From positions 124,001-188,000 of the forward strand of contig CBFDEM010000012.1 in NCBI GenBank assembly GCA_965603825.1: DNA of 64,000 nt, in the 5' to 3' direction. A program made the translations under genes and the position numbers. Below the pieces are notes generated by a model. It saw nothing but the letters and a program-made list of their open reading frames with translations, did not search any database and was not told where the DNA came from. Below are positions 38,670 to 50,118 of this stretch, in pieces (position 1 is the first letter of the stretch; each line of letters starts with the position of its first letter). The stretch is from Blepharisma stoltei ATCC 30299 (Eukaryota; Protista; Ciliophora).

Positions 38670-40793
38670 ATGGAAAACTTCCGCAAGTTGTGGTGGGCAG
38701 AAGAAATCGATTATCTCTTCAAGCTTTTACTTTATTTCAGCTATGTTTTCGCTTTGGTTTCTATCGCTACAAGAATTTCAGATGTGATATGAAATTATAA
38801 TACTCTCATAGAAAACTTTGCTTATATTATCACGCACTCGCTTGGATGCATGACACTGACATTTTTCAGTGATAAAGGCTGGAAAACAAAGATGTTTGTA
38901 GCTTTCGCAGTTACCGAAGTTTATAATACATGCTGTTTTCTTTCGAAACAAATCAATCAAGATTACCCTTGCATATTTCAGTCGTTTTCTTTTATTTTAA
39001 TTACTCAACTTCAAGTTCCTATGGTAAGTAATAAATATATTTTGAATTTATTGCTGCTCAAGTATGTTTATATGTGGTTTGTGCATGATATGATATTTAA
39101 TTCAGCAGCAGCTAATGTTATTCAATTCAATACAATCCTAGCAATTTTGTTGATGTGCAATGTACATAGTTACTACAAACGAAAAATCTCATATGAGCGA
39201 TTTTTATATTTTAAAGAGCTAGAAGAGTCGAAAGACCGATTTAAGGTTATTTCTCAAGCATTTTCTGATGGAGTTCTTATTTTATCAGAAGCAAACACTA
39301 TTGAATTTACCAATGAAAATATTCTGACTTTGCTGCACTGCAGCCAAGACGAAATTTACCGTGAGGTCTCGAAATATGAGTATTGTCCTGATAAAAAAGT
39401 CTCAGGATTTAATACCTCAAATTTCCTCATTGATGACATTCACTATGCCTTTCACCATTTAGATGCCACAGAAATTACTCTTGGAATCACTCAATTAGGT
39501 ACTATTAAACTGGAATGAAAAGCCAGAAAAATCGCATGAAAAAACCATCAAGCTCTCTTTTTAACTGCAAGAAACGTAAACCATATAATTGAGCTTGAAA
39601 AAAGAATTGCTGACGACAACATGAAAACTGTTTTATTACGGTCTGTTTCTCATGAACTAAGGACACCGCTGAACTCAATCAATTTTTTTGTAAATGAGTT
39701 AATTACTAAAGCAATAGATAATAAATCAGAAGACGAAAAAAATAAGCTAAAAATCATTGCAATTTCATCGAAATTGATGCTTTCACTTATTGACGATTTA
39801 CTTGACTACTCAAAAATGTTGGCTGGAGTTTTTGCAGTAAAGAAAACTCCTTGCAACTTTAAAAATATCCTGATGAATGCATATGAACTCATTAGTTTAC
39901 AAGCGAGCAAAAAGAACTTAAGCTTGAAAGTTCGAATTGACCCAGAAATCCCTGAAACTCTTTATACAGATCCACTTAGACTGAGTCAGATAATTCTAAA
40001 TTTATTAAGCAATGCCTTGAAATTTACTTTGAAAGGATGAATTGAAATAAGCTGTGTTCTTTGCAATAAAAATAAATTGAAAATTTATGTAGAAGACACA
40101 GGTATCGGAATGGCTGAAGAAGTCAGGCATAGGCTTTTCACAGAGTTCAGCACGTCCTATATTCCTACTATTAATCCTCAAGGAAGTGGGCTTGGGCTTT
40201 GCATCTCTAATATTTTAGTAAAAGTTCTAGGCGGAAAACCTATAAAAGTTTCCTCTCAGTTAGGAAAAGGCTCTATTTTTCATTTTTCAATAAATATTCA
40301 TCAAGATAGTCAAGCCAACGAAAAATATGAAAAAGTTGTCACAGTTGACGATGAACTCGTGGATTTTATTGATATGAATAAATATAAAGAAAAAAGCTCT
40401 AAAAAAGCTTTAGATGTGTTGATTGTCGACGACAATGATTTTAATAGGATTGTTTTGGGCTCAATTTTAGCCCAATACAATATTATGTATGGAGAAGCTT
40501 GTGATGGAAGAGATGCTATTAATAAAATTTTATCTTATGAGAAAAGAGAAAAAATGTACAAAGTTGTTATCATGGACTGTAATATGCCAGAAATTAGTGG
40601 CTTTGAAGCCACTAAAAGATTACTAAAAGCACATAGCGATGGAGAAATTAAAAAAATGCCTGCAATTATTGGGTATTCAGCATATACCTCTGATGAAGAT
40701 AAAAATGCTTGCTTTGAGTGTGGAATGACAGATTACTTGACAAAGCCGTGCCCCCCAGAGATTATAATAAATACAGTGAGAAAGTATTTGTAA
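38670..40793 (+). CDS. Membrane hybrid histidine kinase HK7 (class A), 707 aa
   Basis: MENFRKLWWAEE start; SHELRTPLN, NALKFT, INPQGSGLGL, MDCNMP. Confidence 0.93.
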
Positions 40794-41325
40794 ATTAGAT
40801 GACATATAAATTTTAGCATAGCTAAACTTTTTAAAAATAAATAAAATCTATATAATATAAAGCCAAAGATTTTATAGATAATTGTATAAACAGTACCATA
40901 GTTTTCAAGACTACTAATCTATTGAAATTAATAAATTGGTCTGGTTTTATATGTTTAAATAAATACTGCGCAAAACAGAATCATGTTTAATTAAGATGAT
41001 ATAAGAATTTTTGTTGATAATAAATGAGTATGCGAATATTTAATATTTTTTAAAATGTCTCTATGATTATTATTGTAAAAAGTAAAAGGTGTTTATAATA
41101 CTAATTTTTGATCTAGAGAGTAAATTAATGGGGCGCTAGATGGAAAATTAAATAATTGGATGTTTTGGTTTATATACAAGGGAAAAATACTAAATTGGCT
41201 TCTGAAAATGTGGGTCAATACAAAAAGTATAAAGAGCCTCGATGATTATTAAAATTATAACTCTCTCTTCAAATCCGTTAAATTACTGATGCGAAAAAGC
41301 AAAAGTTTCTGATTTTTTACATAAA

Positions 41326-43452
41326 ATGAAAGATGGTAAATCAAATTGGCTTCAAGAAGAAATTGAAGGCATTTATTTATGCCTGATTCGCTTCAGCAAG
41401 TTTTTCATGTATTATTTTCTGCTTTCTATCATTTGGAATGTATTTCTGCAGCAATGGCAATTTTGAAAGTATATTTTTGCTCCAATATTTGTATTTACAG
41501 GGCTTATCACTGTATTTATCCGTTATGCCTCAAATAAAGATATCAAATACAAAGCAATTGTATCAATAATATATGCTGAATATTTCAACTTATCATTAAA
41601 TTGTATTTCACTTTATATAAAGGAGCAAAAATCTACTTTGGAAATTATCGCCTTACTTATGGTAACTTTTTTCCAATTTACTATGATAAGAAACAAATGA
41701 ATTTTTAACCTCATGGTTTTAAAATTCTTGTATCTATGGGAATATCATGGAATTTTCTTTCGAAATGAGCAAAGATCTTTGCCTCTAAATTCCACCTGTC
41801 TCTTCATTGGAATTTTAAACTATGGGCATTCTCATCTGATGAATATAGCATACGAGCGCTATGCTTATCGCAAAGAGTTAGAGTCTTCAAGAAATAGACT
41901 TGATACAATAACTCAGTCGATTTCTGACGGAATTCTTGTTATTTCTTATCACAAAGTAATTGAATTTTATAATTCCTACACGATTAATTTACTCGGGACG
42001 AGCTCCGAAAATCTTTTCGAGACTTTATCAAAAATACATTATTGTGAAAATAAAAAAGTATCAAATTTTACCACTACAGAATTTCTAACAGATGATATTG
42101 ACTATCTTTTAGAAAATTATGTAAACGAAGAAATCACGCTTGGAATCACACTTATTGGAAATAATAACCTGGTATGAAAAGCGTGCAAAATTCAATGAGA
42201 AGGAAAATCTGCACTCTTTTTGACAATTAAAAATTCTAATCAAATTATTGAATTGGAAAAAAAGCTTTCAAATGGCCAAATGAAAAATCTGCTATTAAGA
42301 TCTGTTTCTCATGAATTAAAAACTCCACTTAACTCAATAACATACTTCACCAATGACTTACTCTCTAATTTTCAGAAAGAAGCAAATGAAGAATTTAAAA
42401 AGTTAAAAATTATTTCTGTTTCTAGCAAGCTTATGCTTTCATTAACAAATGATTTGCTCGATTATTCAAAAATCTTGGCTGGATCATTTTCTATCCAAAA
42501 AAGCTTTTTTAATCTGCGGGAAAGTATAAAAAGCATATGCGAATTATTTCATTACCAAGCAGAAAAGAAAAAATTACAGTTTATTATTAGACTGGCCCCT
42601 GAATTGCCTGAGTTTATTTATACTGACCCATTGCGATTCAATCAAATAATTTTAAATTTGCTAAGCAATGCGATAAAATATACATTGAAGGGGAAAATTG
42701 AAATCTGCTGCATTTCAACAGTTGAGAATAAATTAAAGTGCTTTGTAGAAGACTCAGGAATTGGTATAGAGAAAAATGCAGCAACTAACTTGTTTAATTG
42801 TACTAGCTGCACAAGTATTCCAGTCCTCACACCTACCGGCTGCGGGCTTGGATTGTATATATCGAATCTTTTAGTGAAAGAATTAGGAGGCAAGTCAATT
42901 GAAGTAAGCTCAATTCCTGGAAAAGGCTCAGTATTTTATTTTAGTATTGATTATTTTGAAAATAGTTTTCCTAATGAATTTTGCGATACAATTGAAGATT
43001 ATGACAATGAGGAAGCCTCAACTTTTGTGATGTCTGGCCAAGACTATATAGATTCTTCAGAAAAAGAAGTCCTCATTGTAGATGACATGGAATTAAATTT
43101 AGAAATTTTAGCATCAATATTATCAAGAAACTGTATCACTTATGATGAAGCTTTAAATGGAAAATGTGCAGTCGAAAAAGTTATTTCTCAAGACATGAAA
43201 GATAAGCCTTATAAAGTAATCTTAATGGACTGTGAAATGCCTGAAATGAATGGCTGAGAAGCAGCAAAGACAATTGATCAACTTTTTTGTCAAGGAAAAC
43301 TAAGAACTGCTCCACGCATAATAGGATATTCTGCATATACTTCAGATGAGGATATCAGACTATGCTTCCAATCAGGAATGGTAAATTTTTTACCAAAACC
43401 ATCAACACCTGATAGCATAATCAAGGCGATTAAAACCCATCTACAAAGCTAA
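41326..43452 (+). CDS. Membrane hybrid histidine kinase HK8 (class B), 708 aa
   Basis: MKDGKSNWLQEE start; SHELKTPLN, NAIKYT, TGCGLGL, MDCEMP; TAA at 43450-43452. Confidence 0.92.
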
Positions 43453-43497
43453 ATCTGATTTTGCTTTAAAAAATATTTTAATTAATATTATTCTACA

Positions 43498-45279
43498 TTA
43501 GAATGCTACATTCATAGCAGTTTTATCAAAATAAACGTTGTTTCTATGATATACATTGACTTTTCCTTTTTTCTTTAAATCATCCAGTCTATGTAAATCG
43601 ACTTCACTGGTTCTTCTCCGGGTGTTTCTTTTAATTCCTAATCTTAATGGCTTTGGCTGAATTTTAATCGACATCATTTCAGGGCCTAACGGTGATTTTC
43701 TGACATGGTGAATTTCCTCAAAGTCCTCTTTTCGTCGTTTTGTTACCTTTTCCACTGACATTATTTCATCTTTCTTTAAAGACTGTGAGGCTTGCTGCTC
43801 TATATTTATATTTGAAATTGATTTCAAATGATGGGATTCTTTTGTGAAAAGAGATGATAAGGAATGCTTTATCTGCTTGTGGGCTGAAGAACCACTGGTT
43901 TCTGTGGAAAGAAATGACATGTTTTCTGTTTTGCTTCGTTGTTTGTGCATATTTTCATTATAATCGAAACCAAAAAACTCATCCTTTGCAACCATTTTTT
44001 GGCTTCCGAGAGATACAGGCTTAGAAAGCTGGTTTTCATTTGCATTCATATAGGATAAATCAAAATTAGAGCCATGAATGCTTGGCTTAAAAGGAGGCTG
44101 GATTTTTTTGTCATAAAGTTTAAACCAATCAATTCCTGAGCACCAGGGATGATTTTTTATTTCTTCACTTCCCCTTACAGATCCAAGCCTGTCTTCAGGA
44201 ATTTTGACTAGTAATCGCTGCAGTAAATCTCTGCCTGCTTTGCTGATGTAGCCTGGAATCAATGCAGGCTCATTTAGGATTTTCCAATACATTTTTGCAC
44301 GATTTTCTTCATAAAAAGGTGGTAGGCCAGTGAGCATTTCATATAATAGTGATCCTAAGCTATAAAAATCTACACTTCGATTGTGTCCAAAGCCTGTCAA
44401 CATTTCTGGGCTCATGTACTCTGGTGACCCACAAAAGCTATAGCTTCGTTCACTTTTTCCTAAATTTTCTTTAGAAAGCCCAAAGTCAGTTAGCCTTACA
44501 TGGCCATCAATATCCAGCAAGACATTTTCAGGTTTCAAGTCTCTATAGGCTATATCTCGAGTGTGCAAATACTCAATCCCCAGCAAAATTTCTGCAAAGT
44601 AAAATCTTGCTTGATCCTCAGTAAACCTTCCTGCATTATGCAAATGGTAAAACAATTCCCCACCAGGACAGAAATCCATTACTAAATGCAGCTCTGAGGC
44701 AGTTTGGTATGCCCAATGCATTTTAATTATAAAAGGGTGATTTACAGTGCTCATAATATTTCGCTCAGCGAAAATTTGGTTGACTTTATCTTCGCTTCTA
44801 ACGAAATCTTTATTCATAATTTTGATTGCATATAGTAAACCGTTATCCTTTTTTCTTGCTTCAACTACGTGTGAGAACCCGCCTTTGCCAATGATTTTTA
44901 TTACTTCGAAATGAGAAGCGCTGATTTCCCCATTAAGGGCTTCCCCAAAGTTTGCTATTAATTCTTCATAGTGTTTAATTGGCTGCAGAGATCGTTCGAA
45001 TGAATTTAGTCAATGGTCGAGGATTTCGATGTTGTTTTTGGTTCTTAGTGTGACTATGTGTTGGTCGCCTTTGTATTTTCTTATCACTTCTGACAGCAAT
45101 CAGCCACATGTAAGAGAATCATCTGGGACGGAAATATGGAAAACTTCATTTGAGATGAAAATTTTGAGAATTTTGGGGAATAGGAGGGATTTTGACTTTT
45201 CAACAGTTTCATAAGAGTAATTGTTAGCATTTGACTTCAGTTGGGAGTGAATTATTGATTTAGGCTGCGTTTGACCCAT
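43498..45279 (-). CDS. AGC-family Ser/Thr kinase (S6K/SGK/Akt-like) with an N-terminal ubiquitin-like domain, 593 aa
   Basis: Extends to ATG 45279 (MGQTQP) through two TGA. IGKGGFSHV, YAIK, YRDLKPEN, DFG, SFCGSPEY, and an AGC tail (PPFKP..NFD, FFGFDY). Confidence 0.93.
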
Positions 45280-45677
45280 TCTTTGAAAATGGATTAATTA
45301 ATATAAGCAATTATGTCTTAACTATGTCACGCCATTGTGAAAAATAGTCAGATTTCCTACCATATCAAAGTTTAAAAATTTAATTAAATTTACAATAATT
45401 AATGAATAAAATAAAATTTCTAATTAAAAGGAAACTAAGCCATGAAATTTAATTTCTGTTTAATTCAAATTTCGAATAAATTCCGTGGATGATTAAATAA
45501 AAAAAATATTGCTTCTAATATTTTTCATATTTTCAAATCTCAAAATAACTACAAAAGTTTGATTTTTCCCTAAAATCGCAAATCGCATAAATTGAAAGAA
45601 GTTTATATTAAAATTAATTCCACTATTTATAAAAGATTTAGATTATAATTTTTTATAAATCTAAATGAACAATCATA

Positions 45678-46253
45678 TTAAATTTTTCTAATAAATAAAG
45701 CTTTGCTTTTTGTTTTCTTCATCAATGATGTTTTTCGGCCTGAAGATGCATTGCTGGGTAATGATGGCACCCGGTTCAAATTTAGAGGTGCAATTTTTAG
45801 ATTTTCTGGTTTTTTATGTACACCCACGCTTTTTTGCTTTCCGTATACCGATTTTACTCTGTCAAAAATAGTCCTTCGCTCTGTTGAAGAACCGCTTATA
45901 TGAATTTGTGATAAATTTCTAATTGATCCACTTGAGTTTCTCAGAATTAGTTTTTGTTTCTTAGGCTTAAGGAAGTTAGCATTGAATAGGTTTCCATCAT
46001 GAATATATCTAACCCTATCACTCTTAATTTCAGTCGGTACAGCTGTAATGAACTCTAACCCAATCAAATTTGGGATTTTATTTGTTTTGCTTTTTTGGTT
46101 TTCTTTTTGATTTGGCGATTCTAAAGTATTTTGTAATGCAAGAAGTCGAGCACATAGATCGTGATACTCAAAATGGACGCCATAGCTATCTTTCACAGTT
46201 GGCTGTCTTTGGCTACTTGCTATTAACTGTTTATGTAGACGATCAGCAAGCAT
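45678..46253 (-). CDS. Hypothetical basic protein, 191 aa
   Basis: ATG to TAA ORF; no recognised domain. Confidence 0.7.
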   Translation of the reverse strand: MLADRLHKQLIASSQRQPTVKDSYGVHFEYHDLCARLLALQNTLESPNQKENQKSKTNKIPNLIGLEFITAVPTEIKSDRVRYIHDGNLFNANFLKPKKQKLILRNSSGSIRNLSQIHISGSSTERRTIFDRVKSVYGKQKSVGVHKKPENLKIAPLNLNRVPSLPSNASSGRKTSLMKKTKSKALFIRKI

Positions 46254-46632
46254 ATTTTTTATGTCTTAAAATAGCCTAAGCATTATCATTAATGGTGATA
46301 AATTGTAAGTTGATATTATTTTATGGTAACATAAGTTACCAATATATGAGCATATTCATTTTTATCATATCAATGATCTAGAAGATATTATATCTCTAGT
46401 CAAACGGAAAAAAAAACTTACCATATCTATTTTATTAAAAGATAAATTTTAGCTGCATTAATATTTAATTAACATATTTTGCAAGAAATAATATGAACTT
46501 AAATATATTTTTTATTTATTTATCAAGGCTAAAATTTATTTTGTTGCATATCTAAGCTTTATATTTTAGGCAGAATATTGAAACATGGAAATAGTTTTTA
46601 TCAAATAAAAATTTAGGTCTATATCAGTTAAA

Positions 46633-47214
46633 ATGTCCGAAGTTCAAGAAATTGTTAAGCACATGCAAAGTTTGAGGGAAGAATACCTTGGCTGAAGAAA
46701 TAACCTTGATCTTGATGGTCCGAAAAAATACAAAATCGTAATATTAACTTAGGACAAAAGAAGAACAAAACCAAAACCTAAAACTCTAGAAGAATTAAAA
46801 AATCAAGCAAAATACAAAAAACGATGAAAAGGGGCAGGTGCACAGAATTCTGAATTTGCATCAGTTGCTTCCCTAAAGCCTTGTGTCCTATCAACCTGGG
46901 AAACTGCCAAAGCAATGGCACCCGAAAGAAGCTTCAAAGCTCCTCCAGGCTCAAAGCCAATTCTAGTTCCTCAAGTTGGCAGAGAATTTGGACAGCCTTC
47001 TATGGATCAAGTCTCAAAGCGCTATAAAACAGTTTTGCTTACCAATATTGAAAAATTCAATGATTATGTACAAAGACCCTCGCAGTACCAAAAACCTCCC
47101 CCAGAGCTGACTATCCTGCATCCTCGAGGCTTCACCCCAGCTGGAACTCTGATGAAAGAATTTGGATTTCCTACAACTCATTTGCTGCCTAAAAGCATGA
47201 CTATGAAAAAATAA
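46633..47214 (+). CDS. Hypothetical protein, 188 aa, one 15-nt intron
   Basis: ATG 46633 (MSEVQEIVKHMQ) is in frame with ORF 46915 through two TGA and intron 46738-46752. Confidence 0.8.
46738..46752 (+). other. 15-nt spliceosomal intron (gtaatattaacttag)
   Basis: GT..AG, A at position 10; ends in an in-frame TAG. Confidence 0.88.
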
Positions 47215-47232
47215 TCTAAATTTATTAAGTTA

Positions 47233-48516
47233 TTATGGGCACTTTCTTTCAATTAAAATAGCTCCATGCTCGTCATACTCTTGTTTCGACATCCACATCT
47301 GTTGGAAGCTCCCCAAAGAGGCTAAAATTGACCCTCCGATCCATGAGCTGAATCTTCTTTCAATGGTGCTTTGAGGGGCAATTAATTTTACTTTCATGTT
47401 CTGGGTTGTAAGCTCTGTCAATTTTTTGTGTAATCTATCTGTAAAGCCTCCAAAAAGTGAATTCCCGCCAGTAACCACGACATTTCCATATAATTCTCTT
47501 CTGATGTCCATATCACACCTTGTAATTGAGTCATAAACCATTTGATGGACCCCTGAAAACCCAATAACTCCTTCTATACCTGAGGAAAACAGCAGCTCAG
47601 GAATTCTATATCTTTCATTCCCAAGCTGAACTTGTGTGCCATCAGGCAGCTCATAGCTTGATGAAGGCACATTTGCGAAAGAAGTCTCTGAAAATGTGTT
47701 GTCACTGACCTTAAAAGTTGTTTCTTTTATATCTCTGACGATTTCCCTTATGCTGAAATCTTGATATGATGGGTCCACATTTGGGCGTGGGATATCTTCA
47801 AGCGTGAACTCAGGGTTTCCTTGCACTTCGCCACCTTCCACAAAGCACTTGACTGTTTTATTAAAAGTGTAATGTGGCCTTATGTTTACCCCCAGACTTA
47901 CTAAATGGTTAAGCAAAACATCTGTGATGGTTTCCCCTCCAATATTGAATTTCACAATAGATTTTTGAAGTACATACCCATCGTGCACTGGGACTGCCCA
48001 GGTTGTATAAGCGCCTGAATCTAGGACTAAACTTGTAGATCTCCCTGATGCAAATGACGAAAGTACTGCACTTTTTACTATGTAAAATGCAGGGATCTGG
48101 AACTTCTCAAACATCATTTCTGTTAAAGCGACACGGGATTCTCGGTCATGGATGCTTGGCTCTGATAGCAAAAATGGATGCTCTCTTGGATTGAGTTTTA
48201 GCTCGTTCTCTATGGCTTCTCTGCAGATTTCTTCGAGTTTTTCTGATTTGTCTCCGCCTTCGGCGAAGACTTGTTCTAATTTCATAAAGTCGCGGTATTT
48301 CATGATTTTTTCGCCCGCGAAAGGTGCGATACCTTCAACATCCATTTGGTTTGGGTCAGGATTTTCAATCATTCCAATGTACTAATTAGGGTTTACTGAA
48401 GGAATGACAACTTTTGGTGTGTCTTCGCCTGCATAGCCTGCTCGTGTAAGATGGCAGCCAATATCAAGCACTATTCCAGATACCTCGTCTGCATAATAAT
48501 TACCTCCTCCATACAT
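47233..48516 (-). CDS. ARP4: Actin-related protein 4 (ACTL6/BAF53-like), 417 aa, two 15-nt introns
   Basis: Spliced start [25 protein letters not shown]; [44 protein letters not shown]. Confidence 0.95.
48382..48396 (-). other. 15-nt spliceosomal intron (gtaaaccctaattag)
   Basis: GT..AG, A at position 10; in-frame TAG; splicing gives VIPS|YIGM. Confidence 0.92.
48489..48503 (-). other. 15-nt spliceosomal intron (gtaattattatgcag), stop-free
   Basis: GT..AG, A at position 10; removal restores the conserved ARP4 start YGGDEVS. Confidence 0.9.
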
Positions 48517-48735
48517 CTTTTATTTTACAAATCTCAATAAACTTATCTGAATAAAAATCTTATTAAAAAACACATTAAAATAGCAAAAGTTGATTAATTT
48601 CACTTAAAAATGTTTAAATAAGCTTGAGAATGAGCTATAAATTTTTATGAAAAAGCTGAATTTTTGGATTGAGAAGTATAAAATGAGAGATTTATTAAAA
48701 AAAAACACAACTAGGAATTTCACCAATATTTTAAT

Positions 48736-49245
48736 TTAACTTAATTTATAATGCATACTTTGCGGTGGGATATTTTCTTTATTGAAATCCAACGGGCAGA
48801 AGCTTTGGGCATATGCACTCAATTTTTTTTGTTTATTTACAAATAAATTGATTTTTTTGAGCACTTCATCAAAGAAATCTTCATTAATTTCATCACAAAG
48901 CTTTACTTTATGTGAACATCCAGCGACTTCTTTTTCAACCTCTTTTTCCAAATTTAAGTCTTCGAATAATGAAGCAAGTTTTAGAGAAATCGAGTCTTCA
49001 TGGTGCTGTTTTTTGAATAAATATGAGTGGAGTCTGCTTTCTAGTGGAGCAATTTGGGGAGATGGAGTGAACGGGCTCTTGGAAGATTGTTCAGGAGAAG
49101 AGTAACTATATAATGAGGTAGTGCTACGGTATGAAGGTGTTAAATCAAGATTTTTCCCTTCTAAAGCGTCGTCAATTACAATCTGTGGAAGAAACAAGCT
49201 AAGCTGCTCTGTTGTGAGATCGATCATTTTTAAATTTAAATTCAT
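48736..49245 (-). CDS. Hypothetical protein, 169 aa
   Basis: ATG to TAA ORF, Ser/Pro-rich; C-terminal PAM2-like and KEN-box-like motifs. Confidence 0.7.
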   Translation of the reverse strand: MNLNLKMIDLTTEQLSLFLPQIVIDDALEGKNLDLTPSYRSTTSLYSYSSPEQSSKSPFTPSPQIAPLESRLHSYLFKKQHHEDSISLKLASLFEDLNLEKEVEKEVAGCSHKVKLCDEINEDFFDEVLKKINLFVNKQKKLSAYAQSFCPLDFNKENIPPQSMHYKLS

Positions 49246-49431
49246 ATTTTGAATAAACCCTTTTTATTAAGTTTCGCAGGTTTCGAAATATGCCGTTAGA
49301 AAGCAGGAGAACCATAGAAATAACTATTTCTTTGAGTGGAAAATCGATGTAAAATGATTTATAATTAATAATATAAATTAAATTAGTAATTAACGAAAAT
49401 TGCTTTATTAATATTTTCAAATGCTGGGTTA

Positions 49432-50118
49432 TTACATCTGGAATCTTGATTGGAGAAAATTTTCCTCCAAATTTGTCTTATAATTTTCCAAAAAACTGTC
49501 ATTATTATATGAATCTTCAGTTTCATTCAAATTTTCTTCAAGAAAATTGGTGAAGCTTCTTGAGCTTCTAAGCTCATTATATCCTCTTTTGGTTTTGATT
49601 ACCTGTTTTGCATTTCCTAGCTTTCTGTTATTTTTCTTAAATAGTAAAGTAAGTCTATTCCTTAAAATTGGGCTCTTTTTCATAAAATCTAATGGAGAAT
49701 TATTGCTAACATGTGAATCATGCTTTGACGAACCTCTCAACGATGGAAAAATTATTCTTGCTTCAGGGGTAGCAGAATCCATTGATAAATTTTTAAAGTG
49801 CAAATTGACAAGTTTCAGTTTAACTGGTGGAGGAGTGATTGCTTGAATTGTGCAAAGAGTATTCATATCTTTTATTGCAGGTGATTTTGGCCTAGCTAAA
49901 TTGAATTTTGACTTTTCGATACCATGTATAGCTGTTGATATCTGGGTCTTTATTTGATCAATTGGGGTCAAAGTTATGGCTTTTTTATTTTGGATGAATT
50001 TTTTGTTTTTTTTGGCTTGGCTTAAATTTTGCGGAGATTTTGAGGGGAAACTTGGTAGAAATAAATTGTTTCCAGGCTTTGGAGTTTTAATGTTTTTGCT
50101 TCTTATTTGATTATTCAT
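49432..50118 (-). CDS. Hypothetical basic low-complexity protein, 228 aa
   Basis: ATG to TAA ORF; no recognised domain. Confidence 0.7.
   Translation of the reverse strand: MNNQIRSKNIKTPKPGNNLFLPSFPSKSPQNLSQAKKNKKFIQNKKAITLTPIDQIKTQISTAIHGIEKSKFNLARPKSPAIKDMNTLCTIQAITPPPVKLKLVNLHFKNLSMDSATPEARIIFPSLRGSSKHDSHVSNNSPLDFMKKSPILRNRLTLLFKKNNRKLGNAKQVIKTKRGYNELRSSRSFTNFLEENLNETEDSYNNDSFLENYKTNLEENFLQSRFQM

Noticed and set aside
21290-41900. Rhodopsin-histidine kinase or ethylene receptor identity for the sensor
   Set aside because: About six rather than seven TM segments, no TM7 DxxxK retinal motif, and no conserved C-x3-H.
21290-43452. Bacterial contaminant or endosymbiont origin of the kinase cluster
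   Set aside because: Contiguous with PP1, ARP4 and intron-bearing genes; same code and composition; no operon or RBS pattern.
48382-48396. CCCTAA telomere-like hexamer inside the ARP4 intron
   Set aside because: Single copy; no tandem telomeric array anywhere in the window.
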